Origin: an uncultured Gemmatimonadales bacterium
Lineage (GTDB): Bacteria; Gemmatimonadota; Gemmatimonadetes; Gemmatimonadales; GWC2-71-9
NCBI GenBank assembly: GCA_963730185.1
Contig: CAVSQW010000007.1
Location: 288,001-352,000 of the forward strand
Length of the DNA stretch: 64,000 bases
Direction of reading: 5' to 3'
Shown here: positions 36,978-46,650 of the stretch, piece after piece
How the letters are laid out: each line of letters starts with the position of its first letter
How positions within the stretch are numbered: position 1 is the stretch's first letter
Position numbers and translations under genes: made by a program
Notes under the pieces: generated by a model
Seen by the model: the letters and a program-made list of their open reading frames with translations, nothing else
The model's database searches: none
What the model was told of the DNA's origin: nothing

Positions 36978-37663
36978 CCGGCGGCGGCGGCGCGCCCGGG
37001 ATCGAGCGTGTAGCCGGCCCCTCGGACGGTGTGGAGCAACGGCGCCAGGCCGGGCCGGTCGATCTTCCGCCGAAGCCGCATCACGTAGACGTCGATGACG
37101 TTGGAGAAGGGATCATAGTTCTCATCCCACACCGCCCGGCTGATCGCGGCCCGGTTCAGCACCGAGCCGGCGTTCCGAACGAAATAGTCGAGGAGGGCGT
37201 ACTCGGTGGTCGTGAGCTCGATCGGGGTGCCCGCCCGGGTGGCGCTCCGCGACGACGGATCGAGCACCAAGTCGCCCAGCTCCAGCAAGGGCGGCCGGGC
37301 TTCGGGTGCCCGGCGCTGGAGCGCCCGGAGCCGGGCCAGCAGCTCCTCGAACGCGAAGGGCTTGACCAGATAGTCGTCGGCGCCCCGGTCCAGGCCCGTC
37401 ACCCGGTCGTCGATGGTGTCACGGGCGGTGAGGATGAGGACCGGAAGCGAATCCTGGCGGCCCCGGAGGTCGGTCACCAGATCGAACCCGCTGCCGTCGG
37501 GCAGATTCACGTCGAGCACCAGAACGTCGTAACGCTCCGTCGCCAGCTTCTCGCGGGCCGCCGAAAGCCGGTCGGTCACGTCTACCGCGTGCGCCGCCTG
37601 CCGGAGCCCGCGCGCGATGTTGTCGGCGAGCCGGGCCTCGTCCTCCACCAGTAGCACGCGCAC
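36974..37663 (-). CDS. OmpR-family response regulator (CusR/CzcR-like)
   Basis: VLLVEDE, LDVNLPDGSG, GADDYLVKPF, SNVIDVYV.RLRRKID, TVRGAGY. Confidence 0.93.
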   Translation of the reverse strand: MRVLLVEDEARLADNIARGLRQAAHAVDVTDRLSAAREKLATERYDVLVLDVNLPDGSGFDLVTDLRGRQDSLPVLILTARDTIDDRVTGLDRGADDYLVKPFAFEELLARLRALQRRAPEARPPLLELGDLVLDPSSRSATRAGTPIELTTTEYALLDYFVRNAGSVLNRAAISRAVWDENYDPFSNVIDVYVMRLRRKIDRPGLAPLLHTVRGAGYTLDPGRAAAAG

Positions 37664-37740
37664 GACGACCCCCCCTGAAGGCGTGATCGAGAAATCTATT
37701 CTCTGACCGTGAACTGGCGATGAAGGGCTCCGAACGAGTG

Positions 37741-37760
37741 TTAATGGTCGTTTCATGGTC
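37741..37760 (+). promoter_or_regulatory. Putative OmpR-type binding box
   Basis: Direct repeat TTAATGGTC/TTCATGGTC with 11-bp period between the regulator and the divergent efflux remnant. Confidence 0.45.
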
Positions 37761-37814
37761 TCGCGTTAGGTTCGGGCTCCGCTTTGTCCAGACTGGTGCG
37801 GGCGATCGGGAATC

Positions 37815-38036
37815 GTGTTGCTTGCTTTGGCGACACTGGTGACCGTCGGTGCCCCCGTCGACACGCTGCGTCTCGCGCCGGGCGAGGCCCTTGCTCGGGC
37901 GGAGCAGGTGTCGTTCGCGGTGCGTGCGGCCGACGCCCGGGCTCGCGCGGCGCGGTCCGGCGTGGGGGCGGCCCGAGCCTGGCCCAATCCGACCCTCAAC
38001 GCGGGGGTCGAGAACCTGGTGCCCAGCGGCAGGTGA
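37815..38036 (+). pseudogene. N-terminal fragment of a TolC/CzcC-like outer membrane efflux protein
   Basis: DTLRL...EALARA......VRAA.AR..AA......ARAWPNPTL, then a premature stop. Confidence 0.65.
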
Positions 38037-38042
38037 CCGGCC

Positions 38043-39141
38043 GTGATGGCCTGGCCGGGTGGGATGGGCGCCCGGGTGGAGCGGGTGCTGGCCGGGACCC
38101 CCGGAGCGTCGGAGGTGAAGGCCACGGCCTCGGCCCGGGTCAACCAGCTCCAGCTCGACCTGCACCGTGAGACGATGGCCCGGTACGGCGTGGGCTCGGC
38201 GGACGTGGGGCGTGAGGTGGAACGAGCCTTGGGCGCCGCGGTGGCCACGGTGGTGGTGGACGGCCCCCGCCGAAGCGGGGTAGGGGTTCGGATCCCCGGG
38301 GCCGGGACCCTGGCACCCGAGAGCCTCGGCGACCTGCCGATTCCCGCGCCGGGCGGTTGGCGGTGCCGCTTTCGGCGGTGGCGTCGATCCGGACCGCGCA
38401 GGCGCCCGAGGCCTTCGCGCACGAGGGCGCTCAGCGGATGTGGTGGTGGGCGCCAACGTCCGGGGACGAGACCTGGGCGGCTTCGTGGACGACGCCTCGC
38501 TCCGCTTGGCCCAGCAGGTTCCGGCCCCCGAGGGCTACTGGTACGAGTGGGGCGGCCAGTACCAGCACCGGCAGACCGCCATGCGGCGGCTCGGCATCCT
38601 GGTGCCGATCGCGATCATCGGGATCTACCTCCTGCTCTCCTGGGCCTTCCGGACCGTCCGGCACGCCGCACTCATCATGAGCTACGTGCCCTTCGCCTTG
38701 CTCGGCGGGGTCGCCGCGCTCTGGATCGCCGGGCTGAACCTGAGCATCTCGGCCGCGATCGGGTTCATCGCCCTCTTCGGCATCGCGGTCCTCAACGGGG
38801 AGGTGATGGTGAGCTACATCAACGAGCTCCGGGAGGGCGGCGAGCGGCTGGAGCGCGCGGTGGTGCACGGGGCCGCGACCCGGCTCCGCCCGGTGTTGAT
38901 GACGGCGCTGGTGGCCGGCTTCGGCTTCGTGCCCATGGCGCTCTCGCACTCGCCGGGCGCCGAGCTGCAACGTCCGCTGGCCACGGTGGTGATCGGCGGC
39001 CTGGTCACCGCCACCCTGCTCACCCTGCTGGTGCTGCCGACACTCCACGTGGTGGTCGAACGCTGGAGCTCGCAGTACGAGGACGTGAAGGAGGAAGAGA
39101 CGGTCGAGGAGGAGCTCGGGCTGGACCCGATGGGGGCATAG
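38043..39141 (+). pseudogene. C-terminal third of a CzcA/CusA heavy-metal RND transporter, frameshifted
   Basis: ANVRGRDLGGFV, WGGQY, VPFALLGG, IGFIALFGIAVLNG, RLRPVLMTAL, GAELQRPLATVVIGGL; N-terminal ~700 aa absent. Confidence 0.85.
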
Positions 39142-39240
39142 GGGGACCGGTCGTCCTCCCGCCCCGGCTGAGACGACCGCCGGCCACGCTGCATTAGACA
39201 GACATCGGTTCCACTATCTCTCTCGACCCGGGAGCCTCCG

Positions 39241-39387
39241 ATGTTTGCGCCCCTTCTCCGATCCAGGCGCTCGCTGCGCGCCCTGGCCGTCGTTCTGGCC
39301 ATCACCTGCACGGGGTGTCCGTTCGGCTGTAAGGACGGGACCACCGAACCCTGCTACAACGAACAGACCCACGAGACCAACTGTTGA
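39241..39387 (+). CDS. Small Cys-rich putative lipoprotein (48 aa), below the ORF-track cutoff
   Basis: GGGAG upstream; MFAPLLRSRRSLRALAVVLAITCTGCPFGCKDGTTEPCYNEQTHETNC*. Confidence 0.55.
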   Translation: MFAPLLRSRRSLRALAVVLAITCTGCPFGCKDGTTEPCYNEQTHETNC

Positions 39388-39390
39388 GGG

Positions 39391-41832
39391 TTATCGGGGC
39401 AGGCCCATCGCCTTCCGCAGGGCGAGGTACCGGGGGGTCTGCCCCAGGGTTTGGCGGACCGACCGGAAGTTGAGGGCGGAGACGCCCGGGGCGGATCGGA
39501 GCCGGACCACCTCTTCGAAGGCGGCCAGTGATCGGTCGCGCTCGTCCGCGGCGGCATAGAGCCACCCCTGGCGGGCGGCATCGAGTCCCGGGTTGGGCGA
39601 TCGGATCGCGTCGATGGCGCGAAGCAGCTCGGGCTTCCGGCTTGGGTCTGCGGCGTAGTGGCCCAGGGCCCGGCCGACCTCGGTCATCGCCGGGCTGCCC
39701 ACCCGCGCCAACGCGTGGGCCATGCCGGCCAGGTCGCCCTGGGCGGCGGCCGTCTCGGCCAACTCGACCTGGGGGATGACCCAGTCGGGTTGGAGGGCCA
39801 GTGCCAGGCTGTCGCTCGCGATAGCCTCGGCGAAGCGGCCGAGCTGACCGAGGCTCTCCGCGAGGCCGGCTCGGGCGCCAGGGGCGGTCGGCTCGAGCTG
39901 CACGGCGCGCTGGGCCTCCGTCAGCGACTCGTCGTAGCGCTGCAGGAAGATCAGGAGGCCGCTGTAGCCGGCGTGGGCCGGCGCGTAGTCCGGGTCCAGC
40001 TCGATTGCCCGCCGATACTCCCGCTCGGCCCCGGCCCAGTCCCAGGCGCCAAGCGCGAGGACGCTTGCCAACGATGCCCGGGCTTCGGCCAGCGTGCTGT
40101 CCAGGGCGATCGCCTGGCGGGCGGCGGCGCCGGCGCGGGCGAAGGCCACCGAATCCGTCACGAACCCGGTCGGCTCGAACGGGACGTTCCCGTACGCGTC
40201 GGCCAGGCCGGCGTACGCTCGGGCATAGCCTGGATCACGGGCCACCGCCCGCTCGAATTCGGCGATTGCCTGCTCCACCGCCTGCGGAGTCCGCTGTTTC
40301 AGGTGGAAGCGTCCCAGCAGATAGGCGTCGTGGGCCTCGGCGTCCGACGTCTCCAGCCGGGTCAGGGCCCTCCGTTCCCCCGCCAGCAACGTGACCCCGC
40401 ACGCCGACGCAACCTGCTCGGCGATCTGGGCTTGGATGTCGAAGATTTCACCCGGTGCGAGCCCGGCCGTGTACCGACCGGTCCACACCTGGGTCTCGTC
40501 GTCGATCCGGATCAGCTCCGGCGTCACCCGAACCTGCCCGGTGCCGCTCCGCCCCCCTTCGGCCCGGATGGTGCCGGCCAGGATGTAGTCCACCCCCAGC
40601 TCGGTCCCGATCTGGTGGACCGTGCGGGTCGAGCCCTGGTAGCGGAGTGCCGTGGTCCGCGAGATGACCCCGATCCCGGAGACTGCGCCGAGTCGAGAGG
40701 TGATCTCTTCGGTGACGCCGTCCGCGAAGTAGTCTTCGTCGGCTGATCCGGTATTCCGGAAGGGCAGCACCGCCACCAGTGGCCGGCCGGAATGGGGCTG
40801 TTGCGGGTGCCTGATGACGGCGATCGCTAGGGCCACCAGCCCGATACCCACGACCGCGCCGACCGCCGCCAAGAGCCGTCCCCGGCGCGAGTGGCCCGGA
40901 CCGGGTCGGGTCGCTCCCCCGCCGGCCGCCGCGGCCGCCAGCGCCTCCGCGAAGCTCCGGGCCGAGTCGAAGCGGTCGGCAGGCGCTCGGGCCAAGGCTC
41001 GGGTCAGGACCGTTTCGAGGGCTGCGCTTACGGTTGGCCGGAGCACCGAGATCCGGGGCACCGGTTCCAGTAAGCGCTTGGCGGTGATCGCCTGGGCGGT
41101 TGCCCCATTGTACGGCGGCTCGCCGGCGAGCATCTCGTAGAGCACGCAGCCGAGCGAGTAGACGTCGCTTCGCCGGTCCACGTCAGGTCCGCCGCTTGCT
41201 TGCTCGGGACTCATGTAGGCTGGGGTCCCGATGGCCAGACCGGTCAGCGTCAGCTTGTCCTCCCCCGCGACCGCTGCTGCCCGGGCAATGCCGAAATCGG
41301 TCACCACCGCGTGACCACCATCGATCAGGATGTTTTCCGGCTTGATGTCCCGGTGCACGATGCCGTGGTCGTGGGCGTAGCTCAGGGCGTCGGCCACCTC
41401 CCCGGTGAGCCGGAGTGCTTCGTCGATCGGCAGTTGACCTTGGTCCGTGAGGCGGTCGCGGAGCACCACCCCGTCCACCACGGGCATGACGTAGTAGAGG
41501 TAGCCGTCCGCTTCGCCGGAGTCGTAGAGCGGGACGAGATGAGGATGGCGGAGGGCGGCGGTCGTCTTGATCTCTCGGAGGAAGCGATCGGCCCCGAGGG
41601 CGACGGCCAACTCGGGCCGGAGCACTTTGACCGCGACGGAACGGTCATGGCGGCGGTCGTGGGCCAAGTACACGACCGCCATGCCGCCTTCGCCCAGCGG
41701 CCGTTCCAAGACGTAGCGGTCGGCCAGCGCCGCCGCCAAGCGAACGGGGACTTTGGGGTGGCTTCCCAGAACTGCCTCCAGACCGTCCGGGCGGGCGCCG
41801 GCTGGCGTCGGTCTGGACTCGGAAAAGATCAC
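39391..41832 (-). CDS. Hanks-type Ser/Thr kinase with TM, TolB_N-like domain and TPR repeats
   Basis: LGEGGMAVVY, VAVKVL, HRDIKPEN, DFGIA, GTPAYMSPEQ; VAVLPFRN...YFADG.TEEI; TPRs. Confidence 0.93.
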   Translation of the reverse strand: MIFSESRPTPAGARPDGLEAVLGSHPKVPVRLAAALADRYVLERPLGEGGMAVVYLAHDRRHDRSVAVKVLRPELAVALGADRFLREIKTTAALRHPHLVPLYDSGEADGYLYYVMPVVDGVVLRDRLTDQGQLPIDEALRLTGEVADALSYAHDHGIVHRDIKPENILIDGGHAVVTDFGIARAAAVAGEDKLTLTGLAIGTPAYMSPEQASGGPDVDRRSDVYSLGCVLYEMLAGEPPYNGATAQAITAKRLLEPVPRISVLRPTVSAALETVLTRALARAPADRFDSARSFAEALAAAAAGGGATRPGPGHSRRGRLLAAVGAVVGIGLVALAIAVIRHPQQPHSGRPLVAVLPFRNTGSADEDYFADGVTEEITSRLGAVSGIGVISRTTALRYQGSTRTVHQIGTELGVDYILAGTIRAEGGRSGTGQVRVTPELIRIDDETQVWTGRYTAGLAPGEIFDIQAQIAEQVASACGVTLLAGERRALTRLETSDAEAHDAYLLGRFHLKQRTPQAVEQAIAEFERAVARDPGYARAYAGLADAYGNVPFEPTGFVTDSVAFARAGAAARQAIALDSTLAEARASLASVLALGAWDWAGAEREYRRAIELDPDYAPAHAGYSGLLIFLQRYDESLTEAQRAVQLEPTAPGARAGLAESLGQLGRFAEAIASDSLALALQPDWVIPQVELAETAAAQGDLAGMAHALARVGSPAMTEVGRALGHYAADPSRKPELLRAIDAIRSPNPGLDAARQGWLYAAADERDRSLAAFEEVVRLRSAPGVSALNFRSVRQTLGQTPRYLALRKAMGLPR

Positions 41833-41910
41833 CCGGCGCGGGGCTCCCGGCGAGGGGGTCGCCTGGGAGCCTGGCGCCGAGGTTGCCTTGGTCGCCCTGC
41901 TCCGCCCGCC

Positions 41911-43161
41911 TCACCCCACCTTCTTCTCTCCCGAGCCGAGCACCTGAAACACCACCGCCGCGAAGAGCAGGAGGCCTGCCGTCGCCACGAAGGGGGCGGT
42001 GTAGCCGCCGGTCCGGTCCACCAGCCAGCCGGTGATGGCCACGCCCACGATCCCGGGAACCGTCGCGAAGGTGTTGCTGATGCCCCAGATCACGTCGGCG
42101 TGCCGGGGCGCCACGTCGAAGCTGTTGACCGCGAACCCGGCGAACGAGAAGGCCGCGGTGCCCGTGGCGCCGCACATCAGGAGGAGGCCTGCCGTCACGG
42201 ACCCCGCCGTTCCCAGGAGGAGCAGGAAGATCGCCGGGCCGACGAACCCGATGCCCTGGATGAACTTTCGAGTAAAGGTGACGCTCCGTCCCGACGCGAT
42301 CATCCGGTCGGCCAGGACGCCTCCGACGTTCGCCATCAGGAAGCTCACCAGCCAGGGCGCCGCCGAGAGGAGTCCGGCGTCGGCGATCCCCACTCCGAAG
42401 GTCGACTTGAAGTAGCTCGGCAGCCATGCCAGGAGGACGTACAGCCCCCAGTTGTTGCAGAAGTGGGCGACGATGATGGCCCAGACGGCCGGCGCGGCGA
42501 GCAGCCTTCGCCAGGGGATCGCCCGCTCGGTGGGCGGGAGCTCGGGCTCCACGTCGGGCGAGCGGCCGCTACCGACCCGAGCGAACCAGACCACCGCCCA
42601 CACCAGCCCCACCAGCCCGAAGAGGTAGAACGGCACCGGCCAGCCGTAGGCCCGCACCAGCCATCCGGTGATCGGCAGCGAGAAGAGGGTGCCCAGGGAG
42701 AGCCCGCTGGTAAAGAGCGCCACCGCCCGGGAGCGGGCGGCCGGCGGTACCCAGCGGCCCATCATGTTGATCGAGGCCGGGAAGACCGCCGCCTCACCCA
42801 AGCCCAGGGCGATCCGGGCCGCGATCAGCACTCCCAGCGAGATGGACGCGGCCGGCGGGGTGAGCATCGTGAAGATCGACCACCAGAGCACGGCCGCGCC
42901 GAGGACGATCTTCCCGCCGTACCGGTTGGCCAGCGTCCCGCTCACCACCTGGAGCACCAGGTAGCCGATGAAGAACGAGGAGAGGACGAAGCCCTTGGTG
43001 GTCTCGTCCCATCCGAACTGGTCCTTCATCGCGATCGACGCGACCGAGATGTTGGTCCGATCGATGTAGGAGATGAAGACCGCCGCAAAGCAGAGCGCGA
43101 CGACGGTGTGCCCCGCCGTCCAGCGGCGGGCGGGCGCACCCCTCTTGGCGGCGGTGGTCAT
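41911..43161 (-). CDS. MFS transporter, anion:cation symporter (SLC17-like) family
   Basis: YIDRTNISVA, SSFFIGY, RI.LGLGEA..FPA, WLPSYF, GISNTFATVPGI. Confidence 0.9.
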   Translation of the reverse strand: MTTAAKRGAPARRWTAGHTVVALCFAAVFISYIDRTNISVASIAMKDQFGWDETTKGFVLSSFFIGYLVLQVVSGTLANRYGGKIVLGAAVLWWSIFTMLTPPAASISLGVLIAARIALGLGEAAVFPASINMMGRWVPPAARSRAVALFTSGLSLGTLFSLPITGWLVRAYGWPVPFYLFGLVGLVWAVVWFARVGSGRSPDVEPELPPTERAIPWRRLLAAPAVWAIIVAHFCNNWGLYVLLAWLPSYFKSTFGVGIADAGLLSAAPWLVSFLMANVGGVLADRMIASGRSVTFTRKFIQGIGFVGPAIFLLLLGTAGSVTAGLLLMCGATGTAAFSFAGFAVNSFDVAPRHADVIWGISNTFATVPGIVGVAITGWLVDRTGGYTAPFVATAGLLLFAAVVFQVLGSGEKKVG

Positions 43162-43168
43162 CGCTGAC

Positions 43169-46100
43169 CTACTCCTTTGGCAGGGTCAGGGTCGGCTGGC
43201 CCGCCTGGCGTCGCTTGGCGTTGACGGCGGCGAGGCTGGTCGTCGAGAGTGTGGTCCACCGCTTCATGACGTCGGCCGAGGCGGTCCGGGCCCGGCGGCA
43301 AGCGGCAACCTGCGCCGCGGTAGGCGCGAGGTCGGCGCCTTGCATGGCCATCGCGGCGCCCATCAGGTCTTCGCTGGCCGAAGCCAGGGTGGGCGGACCC
43401 GACGGTCCGCGGCGCCGGAAGAACCGGGGCCGGTTGTCCGGCGCCGGCGCCACGGCCTCCACCTGCTGCTTGAACCCGTCGAGATCACCGCCGCCCACCC
43501 GGTCGATCTCGGCCAGCAGGGCCCGAGCCCGCCGGTAAGCGTCATGCGTGGCGATCGCTCCATCGTACATCTCGCGGGAGAGGGCCGCCAGTTGCCGGAG
43601 CCCGGCCGCCGAGGTCTTGACCCTGGGGTCGAGCTCGAGGGTGAGGGGCTGGCTGACCGTGGTGCCGCCCGCCGTGAGCCGGACGGTGTAGCGGCCGGCC
43701 GGCGCCCACGGGGCCTCGACCGCCGGATAGGTGTGGTGGGGCACCGCGCCGGTCGCCTCCTCGTCGCCGGCCTCGTCGATGTTCTGGACCGCGATCGGCT
43801 GATAGTGGAGGTCCCACCAGACGCGGTGCATGCCCGCCCTGGTGGACATGTCCAGCGCCGGCGCGGGCCAGTAGAGCGGGAGCCCGCAGTCGGTCGCGGT
43901 CGGCTTCTTCCGGCAGACCTGGTCGTAGGCTTCGGGGTCGAGCGCCGGATCGGGATCGAGCTTCGGATCATCGCTCGAGTAGGTCCGGACGACTTTCCCC
44001 GCCGCGTCGACGATCGCCATCGTCACCGGGCCGGACACGGCGCTCGGCAGGTAGTAGTCGAGGATGCCGCCCGGGGGAGGGTTCTCGCCGGCTGGGACCT
44101 CGGGCGGCCACGGGGTCGGATCGTTGGTGCCGAACCGGACCCGCACCGCCACGATCGGCTTGACCAGGTAGGGGGTGTTCGAGGCCCGCGCGGCCCGGAT
44201 CGCGGCCGCCTGCCGGAGCGGGGTCAGATCGTCGAGGATCCAGAAGCCGCGTCCGTGGGTGCCGGCGACCAGGTCGGCGCAGAGGCAGGTGCTGTCGTCC
44301 TTGACCTGGATGTCGCGGACCGAGATGGCTGGCATGTTGAGCCGGAGCGATTCCCAGTGATCGCCGTCGTCGTACGAGACCCAGACCTGGGTGTCGGTCG
44401 AGGCGTAGAGGAGCCCCTTCACCCGGGGATCCTCACGGATCGAGTTGGCCACCGCGCCCGGCGCGATGCCCTGGTCGATCTCGGTCCAGGTCTTCCCGCC
44501 GTCGTGGGTCCGCCAGAAGTGCGGATTCATGTCGTCGATCCGCATGGTGTTGGCGGCGGCGTAGGCGGTCCGGGTATCGAAGTGCCCGGCGTCCAGATTG
44601 AAGATCCGGGTCCACGGCCTGATCTCGGGCGGGGTCACGTTGCTCCAGCTGGTCCCGCCGTTCCAGGTGACCTGGAGATAGCCGTCGTCGGTGCCGGCCC
44701 AGATCACGTTGACGCTTCGCGGCGACGGCGCGAGCGCCGTGATGGTTCCCCGAGGGCCCGGCGTGATCGAGCTGGCGTACTGGCCGGCCGTCTGGGGAAT
44801 CTCCCACGTCTGCCGGGCCAGATCGGGGCTGATCCGGGTCCAGGTCTTGGCGTGGTCGACCGACTTCCAGACCACGTTCGAGGTGTAGTAGAGGATGCTC
44901 GGGTCGACCGGCGACCAGTTGATCGGCATGGTCCGAACGTTCCGGCCGTACTGGTCGCCCCGGGCCTCGGCGTCCGGCCCCACGTAGGTCGTCTGTCCGG
45001 TGGTCCGGTCGTAGAGCGACACGTTGGAGCGCATGCTGCCGTAGACCCAGTCGGGGTGCTTCGGGTCGGGCGCCGCGATCCCGTACTCCTGGATGTTGAC
45101 CGGATGCCAGTCGTGGAAGGTGATCGCGCCGTCGTTGGACCGGCTGTCGACGCAGGCCGAGCCGGAGTCCTGCTGCCCGCCGCAGAGGCGGTAGGGGAAG
45201 CTGTTGTCGGCGGTGACGTGATACATCGCCGCGGTTGGCTGAGTGTACCAGTTGCTCCACGACTTCCCCCGATTGGCCGAGACCACGGCGCCCTGGTCCG
45301 AGACGGCCAGAATGACGTTGGTGAAGGCCGGGTTGATCCAGATCTTCTGGTAGTCGTCGCCGCCGGGCGAGCCGCGGACCGCCGACCAGGTGAGGCCGCC
45401 GTCCTCGGTCCGCCACATCACCACCGAGGCGCTGTAGACCACGTTCGGATTCTTGGGGTCGATGGCGATGGTCGGCAGGTCGCCGCCGCCGATCCGGCGG
45501 AGCGGCCGCTGATCCTCGGTCGCGTCCGGCGACCCGCCCGGCCCGTGGACCGCGACGTGCCAATGCTCACCCGCGTCGGTCGACTGGTAGAACCGGACCG
45601 GTCCCGACCGCCCGTTCTCGCCGGCCGAGGCCGCCATCGCGTAGAGAACCGACGGGTCGCTGGGCGCCACGGCGATGTTGGCTTGGAGCACGGACGGCAG
45701 CCCGTCGGTCAGCTGGTGCCAGGTGGTGCCTCCGTCGGTCGACTTGAAGATGCCGTTCCCGCCGCCGCCGAAGTCGCCGCCCTCCCAGAAGGCCTCCTGC
45801 TGCTGCCAGAGCGTGGCGTAGACGGTGTTGGGGTCGGCGGGCGAGATCCGGACGTCGTTCCCGCTGGTATACTCGTCCTTGTAGAGCACCTTCTGGAACG
45901 TCTGCCCGCCGTCGAGCGAGCGGAAGATCCCGCGCTCCGGGTTGGGCCCGTAGGGGTGCCCCAGCGCGGCGACGAACAGTCGCTCCGGGTTGGTCGGGTC
46001 GACGTCGATCATTGCGATCATCTGGGTCTCACGGAGCCCCAGGTGGGTCCAGGTCTTCCCGGCGTCGGTCGACTTGTAGACGCCGTCGCCGGTGGCCAGA

Positions 46101-46444
46101 TCGGGCCGGATGATCCCGGCCCCGCTTCCGACGTAGATGACGTTCGGGTCGCTGGGCGCCACCGCGATCGCGCCGATCGAGCCGGTGGGCTCGTGGTCGA
46201 AGAGCGGCTCCCAGTTGGAGCCGTAGTCGGTGGAGCGCCAGACGCCGCCGTTGTCGTACCCCACGTAGAACAGGTTGGGCTCGCCGGCGACGCCGGAGAG
46301 TGCCCGGGCCCGGCCGGCGCGGGTGGGCCCGATGGCGCGCCAGTGCATGGCCGAGGGGATGTCGGGGCTCTGGGCGGCGAGGTCGGTGACGAGGCCGGCG
46401 GCGCCGGCCAGGACGAGCGAAGCGCGAAGCAAGCTGAGACGCAC
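43169..46444 (-). CDS. Secreted VPS10/BNR (Asp-box) repeat glycosyl hydrolase-like protein
   Basis: WR.IGP.RAGR, repeated S.D.G.TW Asp-boxes, GGQQDSG, THGRGFWILDD. Confidence 0.88.
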   Translation of the reverse strand: MRLSLLRASLVLAGAAGLVTDLAAQSPDIPSAMHWRAIGPTRAGRARALSGVAGEPNLFYVGYDNGGVWRSTDYGSNWEPLFDHEPTGSIGAIAVAPSDPNVIYVGSGAGIIRPDLATGDGVYKSTDAGKTWTHLGLRETQMIAMIDVDPTNPERLFVAALGHPYGPNPERGIFRSLDGGQTFQKVLYKDEYTSGNDVRISPADPNTVYATLWQQQEAFWEGGDFGGGGNGIFKSTDGGTTWHQLTDGLPSVLQANIAVAPSDPSVLYAMAASAGENGRSGPVRFYQSTDAGEHWHVAVHGPGGSPDATEDQRPLRRIGGGDLPTIAIDPKNPNVVYSASVVMWRTEDGGLTWSAVRGSPGGDDYQKIWINPAFTNVILAVSDQGAVVSANRGKSWSNWYTQPTAAMYHVTADNSFPYRLCGGQQDSGSACVDSRSNDGAITFHDWHPVNIQEYGIAAPDPKHPDWVYGSMRSNVSLYDRTTGQTTYVGPDAEARGDQYGRNVRTMPINWSPVDPSILYYTSNVVWKSVDHAKTWTRISPDLARQTWEIPQTAGQYASSITPGPRGTITALAPSPRSVNVIWAGTDDGYLQVTWNGGTSWSNVTPPEIRPWTRIFNLDAGHFDTRTAYAAANTMRIDDMNPHFWRTHDGGKTWTEIDQGIAPGAVANSIREDPRVKGLLYASTDTQVWVSYDDGDHWESLRLNMPAISVRDIQVKDDSTCLCADLVAGTHGRGFWILDDLTPLRQAAAIRAARASNTPYLVKPIVAVRVRFGTNDPTPWPPEVPAGENPPPGGILDYYLPSAVSGPVTMAIVDAAGKVVRTYSSDDPKLDPDPALDPEAYDQVCRKKPTATDCGLPLYWPAPALDMSTRAGMHRVWWDLHYQPIAVQNIDEAGDEEATGAVPHHTYPAVEAPWAPAGRYTVRLTAGGTTVSQPLTLELDPRVKTSAAGLRQLAALSREMYDGAIATHDAYRRARALLAEIDRVGGGDLDGFKQQVEAVAPAPDNRPRFFRRRGPSGPPTLASASEDLMGAAMAMQGADLAPTAAQVAACRRARTASADVMKRWTTLSTTSLAAVNAKRRQAGQPTLTLPKE

Positions 46445-46650
46445 GGAATCCGCCTTTCGGGTTGACCCGTGGAGTGTGTCGAGGGCTTTCGTCCTGCGGT
46501 GCTGCCTCAGGAACATAGCGCGGGCCGGTAGGCCCCGGGCCCCCGGCCCGCCCCGACGCGGCCGATTGGGATTCCATGCCCCCCGGGCCCCCTGCGATAC
46601 TACCGGAGCCTCCAACGCTGCGTCCTGAACCGGACTCCGGAGCTCCTCCC

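Noticed and set aside
2032..46000. Prophage or integrative element inserted at tRNA-Lys
   Set aside because: No integrase, transposase, phage or conjugation genes, and no duplicated tRNA 3' end was seen in the window.
43073..46465. 1130-aa plus-strand ORF
   Set aside because: Antisense shadow of the VPS10/BNR gene; no recognisable motifs.
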